Positions 60,184 through 64,000 of a DNA stretch of 64,000 nucleotides are shown here, in pieces. Made by a program: the position numbers and the translations under genes. Source of the stretch: the human T2T-CHM13v2.0 reference genome, Homo sapiens; the NCBI RefSeq assembly GCF_009914755.1, contig NC_060939.1. One strand, given 5' to 3'. The notes below the pieces were generated by a model that made no database searches, was not told the DNA's origin, and saw only the letters and a program-made list of their open reading frames with translations. Position 1 is the stretch's first letter. Each line of letters starts with the position of its first letter.

Positions 60184-60530
60184 TGGCAATACACTGAATG
60201 TTTGTGTACCCCCCAAATTCATATGTTGAAACAGCCCCAAGGTAATGGTGTTAGGACGTGAGGCCTTTGGGAAGTTACTAGGTTATGAGGGCAATGCATT
60301 CATATGGAAGAGATGCCAGAGAGATCTCTTAACCCTTCTGCCATATGGAGAAGACACAGCAAGCAGATGGCCATCTATAAATGAGGAAGCAGACCTTTAC
60401 CAGACAATTAATTTGTTTGCACCTTGATCTTGGAATTCCCATCCTCCAGAACCATGAGAAATAAACTTCAGTTTTTTGTAACCTATCCCATCTGCGGTAT
60501 TTGTTATAACAGCTGAAAAGGAATATGACA
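60184..60530 (+). mobile_element. MaLR solo LTR (MLT1A-like)
   Basis: ctgaatgtttgtgtaccccccaaattcatatgttgaaa...ctccagaaccatgagaaataaa...atgaca. Confidence 0.8.
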
Positions 60531-60614
60531 TCCCTTGACCTCCAAAACATTGTCCCACACTCTCCTTATAATGTCTATCCAAACTCCTCTTTCCTTTGAT
60601 GTCCCAAAAATAGA

Positions 60615-60925
<311 letters not shown>

Positions 60926-61837
60926 TTGGATCTTCTGTATTTTTCAGCAATCTGCCCTCACTCAGTTTGCAGAAGTTATCTCTGTGTCTCAGGTTGCACT
61001 CATACTTCCCCTTGCTGAGATAAGTGACACTCATGGCCATTCATCCTTTCCCTGGAAATAATAACACTATCAGAATCAGTCAATAATCCATGGAAAAAAA
61101 GATTCCCAAAGACTTAGGGAAAAAAAAAGATTCTAGGAGCAAAATAAGACTCTTGTTAATGTAAAGCAGATGACTATATGAAGGTAAAACTGAGCAGGAT
61201 GGATCTTCTCACAATCAGAAAGCTTTTCTAAGATCTAACCTGTCCTCTCTCCAAAGTTGGCAACAGATAACATGCTTCCTTTCCTCATCTGTTCCAGCCC
61301 ATTTGGATAATGCTCAGCAATATATTAGCCATCTTTGTTACTTTACTTAGGTTTCCTCTTCTCATCAAGATCTACTTTTGGAAACAAGATAATTCTTACA
61401 TAATCACAAGATAATTTCAGAGAATAAAATGTGTCATGGGTGAGGCTAGATCTGGGACTGGGTAGGGAGACATTAAATGTAGTATCAAGTTGGGTGTGTC
61501 TGTGTGTGTGTTTGGGCACATACATATACATGTATGAGTATGTTTACATGAAGAATGAGTATTGAAGCACGTAAGAACACAATGCGTATGTTATTGCAAT
61601 GTACAGATTACAGTTCAGTTAAATGTCCAAGAAGAAAGAAGGAGTGGGCAATTGAGAACATAATAAACAGGTATGTCAAGATGCAAGAGAGGCCAAAAGA
61701 TAACTGTTGAGTGCATGTCTGGGCATGGGTGTGTATATGTGTGTGCCAGAGTGACAGGGTTAATGGACAATGAAAAAGACATGTAAGCAAGGCGCTAGCT
61801 CTGTGGCTGAGTCCTGCAGCTGGGAAAGTCACTTTAC

Positions 61838-62081
61838 CCTGTAATAATCCGTGCTGTAGACATCTCTGGACATGCCGAAGTCCCCAATCTTCACTAGCAG
61901 ATTCGCTCCAACCAGGCAGTTCCTGGTGGCCAGGTCTCGGTGCACAAAGTGCTGGGAGGCCAGGTACACCATACCCGAGGCGATCTGACTGGCAATGTGG
62001 AGCATTTGGGAGAGCCCCAGCTCACCCTTGGCCTGGCGTGGCTGTCCATCCACAAGGATCATTGCATCTGGCCCATGGGCC
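61838..62081 (-). CDS. NTRK3: NTRK3/TrkC kinase-domain exon (244 nt): [81 protein letters not shown]
   Basis: Catalytic-loop [11 protein letters not shown] and Trk activation-loop YSTDYY motifs. Acceptor ctcttgcag|G (AG at 62083-62082) after a pyrimidine tract; donor AGG|gtaaag (GT at 61837-61836). The [15 protein letters not shown] segment is TrkC-type rather than TrkA/TrkB. Confidence 0.98.
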
Positions 62082-62604
62082 CTGCAAGAGCATGGGGAGA
62101 AGAGAGGGGGCAGAGAGAAATCAGGAGATCAAGGAGAAAGGCCTTCCTGGGTCCCTGCCCTCTGGAATGCCCCACAGAAATAAATAAAATTTCCCTTTCC
62201 ATCCTGCCTATGGCTTATTTTTATCTGCCCCAAATTAGATTATGTACGTGTGGGTAAGGGTGAAACTCCACAACCAGATTCTGGCTAAGATGAGAGCAGA
62301 CATACTCAAATGGAAGAGGGAATAAACCTACTCTTTTTAATATTTCACTGCTTCCTAGGATTTTCACAGGTGCTAGATGTCTATTATAGAATAATTAGCA
62401 AAACAACAAATAACTCTGCCATAGCCCTTACTATATGCTCTGATTGTTTTAAATATTGTAATTCACTCAATTTTCCCACCCCAATTTTGAAATAAAGAAA
62501 TTGAGGCACAAAATGATGAGATTGCTCAGCCAAAGTCCCAGAGGTCCAGAATGGCCATATGGGAAATCAGGAAGTAGGATCTGAAACCAGACATGTGACT
62601 GTAA

Positions 62605-62760
62605 AAAGTGAGCTTCTAAAAGGAACATTGGGAGTGCTTGTTCCAAGATTCCCTGGCCCTGCCCCCTAGGATTCTGATTGGCTAGGTGAGCTTGCTCATT
62701 TGCATTTCCCACTAGCTCCCAGGGCTGATGCTGGCAGTCCACGCTCAGTGGCCCTGGGAC
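62605..62760. mobile_element. MER5A-like hAT MITE remnant
   Basis: agattccctggccctgccccctaggattctgatt...tttgcatttcccactagctcccagggctgatgct. Confidence 0.55.
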
Positions 62761-64000
62761 ACTCCTAACCACTCCACCACACCGCTTAGCACTGGGTAAC
62801 TTATGGCCATAGCAGTGCACAGTGGAGAGAGCCTCTGACCTTGAAGCATGGGTCTGGGGTAACCCCAGAACCCATTCCATCCCAAATCAAGCCCGGATTT
62901 GTTATTCTAACACCTTGCCTGATCATATCAGTCACTTTTAGCATTCACTCTTTTCTCTAGAAAGCCCAGTGAGCCGTAACCACACCCAGGGCCCTTATTT
63001 ATGAAGTTGTGGACCAAGGAGCCCTGGTGTACAGCAAGGCCTCTGCCTGCTTTACTGCTTCTCTGATTTCCTCTGAAAAGCACCATTAAGTAGGAGCACA
63101 TCCCTTTTACTATCTCCGGTGGGCTCTGCCTACCTCACTCCTCAGAAGGAGGAAGGCTGCATCAGCTCACAAGGAAGAGGGGTCAGCAGAGAAGCCCTCC
63201 CTTCTGTCTGCCTGGAGAGTGCACTCCAGCCTGCCTCTCAACACCACCAATATGGAGATGTGAGAGCAGGCAGGGTTGGCCTGCGGGTTATGGAGGCTGT
63301 GTTTGTGAGAACAGCCGACAGGATGCCTCCCAGGAAGGGTTGGTGCGGCCTGTTGCTAAGAGCTTCTGGTCTCAGAGAATTCTTTAGAAGGTCACCCTCG
63401 ACTGATAGAGCCTAGGAAGACAGATTAATGGAACCTACTGGGAATCTGGTCAGTAGTGGAGGCTAAAGTTCAGATTTTGCTGCAAAATTGCCCCAGGAAG
63501 ACTGTCGAGCCTTGATTTAGAGAGACTCCCCCATGCTGTCTTCAGGAAGGGATCCCATAGAGACACAGAGGTCTTCAGAGTGTCAGCAAGTCCTTGTAGA
63601 ACTGTACTCACAGGCATGCATTCCCCATGCTGTCTGCCATGGAGAAGGCAAGGCACTGGCACTGCCCCTCACCTTATACACTTCTTTCTGTTTCTTCTGT
63701 ACTCCTTTTTCTTTTCTTCTTACTTTCTGCTTCTTCCACTCCTTATCTTTACTCTAGGCTCTCACTCTTTATTTCCCTCCTACTATCTTCTTTCTCTTCC
63801 CTTTTATCATGTATGACAGTAGTGCAGAGGCACCTAGGAGCTTTCTTTAACCCTGCTGGTGGCTCTTGGGGCTGGAGATACTGCTGAATGTAAGGATAGG
63901 ATGTGGTGAAAAGTAGGGCATGCCCTTTGGGCCCCAGGGGAACAAAAGGACAAAGTGAGGGCTATCCCGAATATTGAGAAAGAGTGTTGCCTAGATTAGA

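Overview
Mammalian, primate-type genomic DNA (AluY/AluS, L1PA, MER4 LTR) carrying the 3' end of NTRK3 (TrkC, neurotrophin-3 receptor tyrosine kinase; human 15q25) on the minus strand. Three constitutive kinase/C-terminal exons can be read directly: 61838-62081 (HRD and DFG motifs, activation-loop YSTDYY), 12890-13048 and 9555-9740 (PIYLDILG-stop), followed by about 9.5 kb of probable 3' UTR. The ~48.8 kb phase-0 intron that splits the activation loop hides two frame-preserving cassette exons that the ORF track does not resolve. One is a 75-nt exon (41113-41187, EGPCQKGPFSVVWQRQRLAATAAST) matching the rodent/avian 25-aa kinase insert. The other is a 42-nt exon (18303-18344, [14 protein letters not shown]), the known 14-aa insert, which is the antisense strand of an old LINE-1 ORF2 fossil, so the kinase insert appears to be an exonised L1. 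The remainder is repeat-rich intron (Alu, L1, MaLR/MER4 LTRs, hAT MITEs, MIR, microsatellites), with a ~300-bp unexplained inverted repeat at 31.5-31.8 kb and a tiny young L1 insertion. Almost all ORFs in the supplied track are spurious. Repeat subfamily names and orthologue sequences are recalled from memory, not searched.
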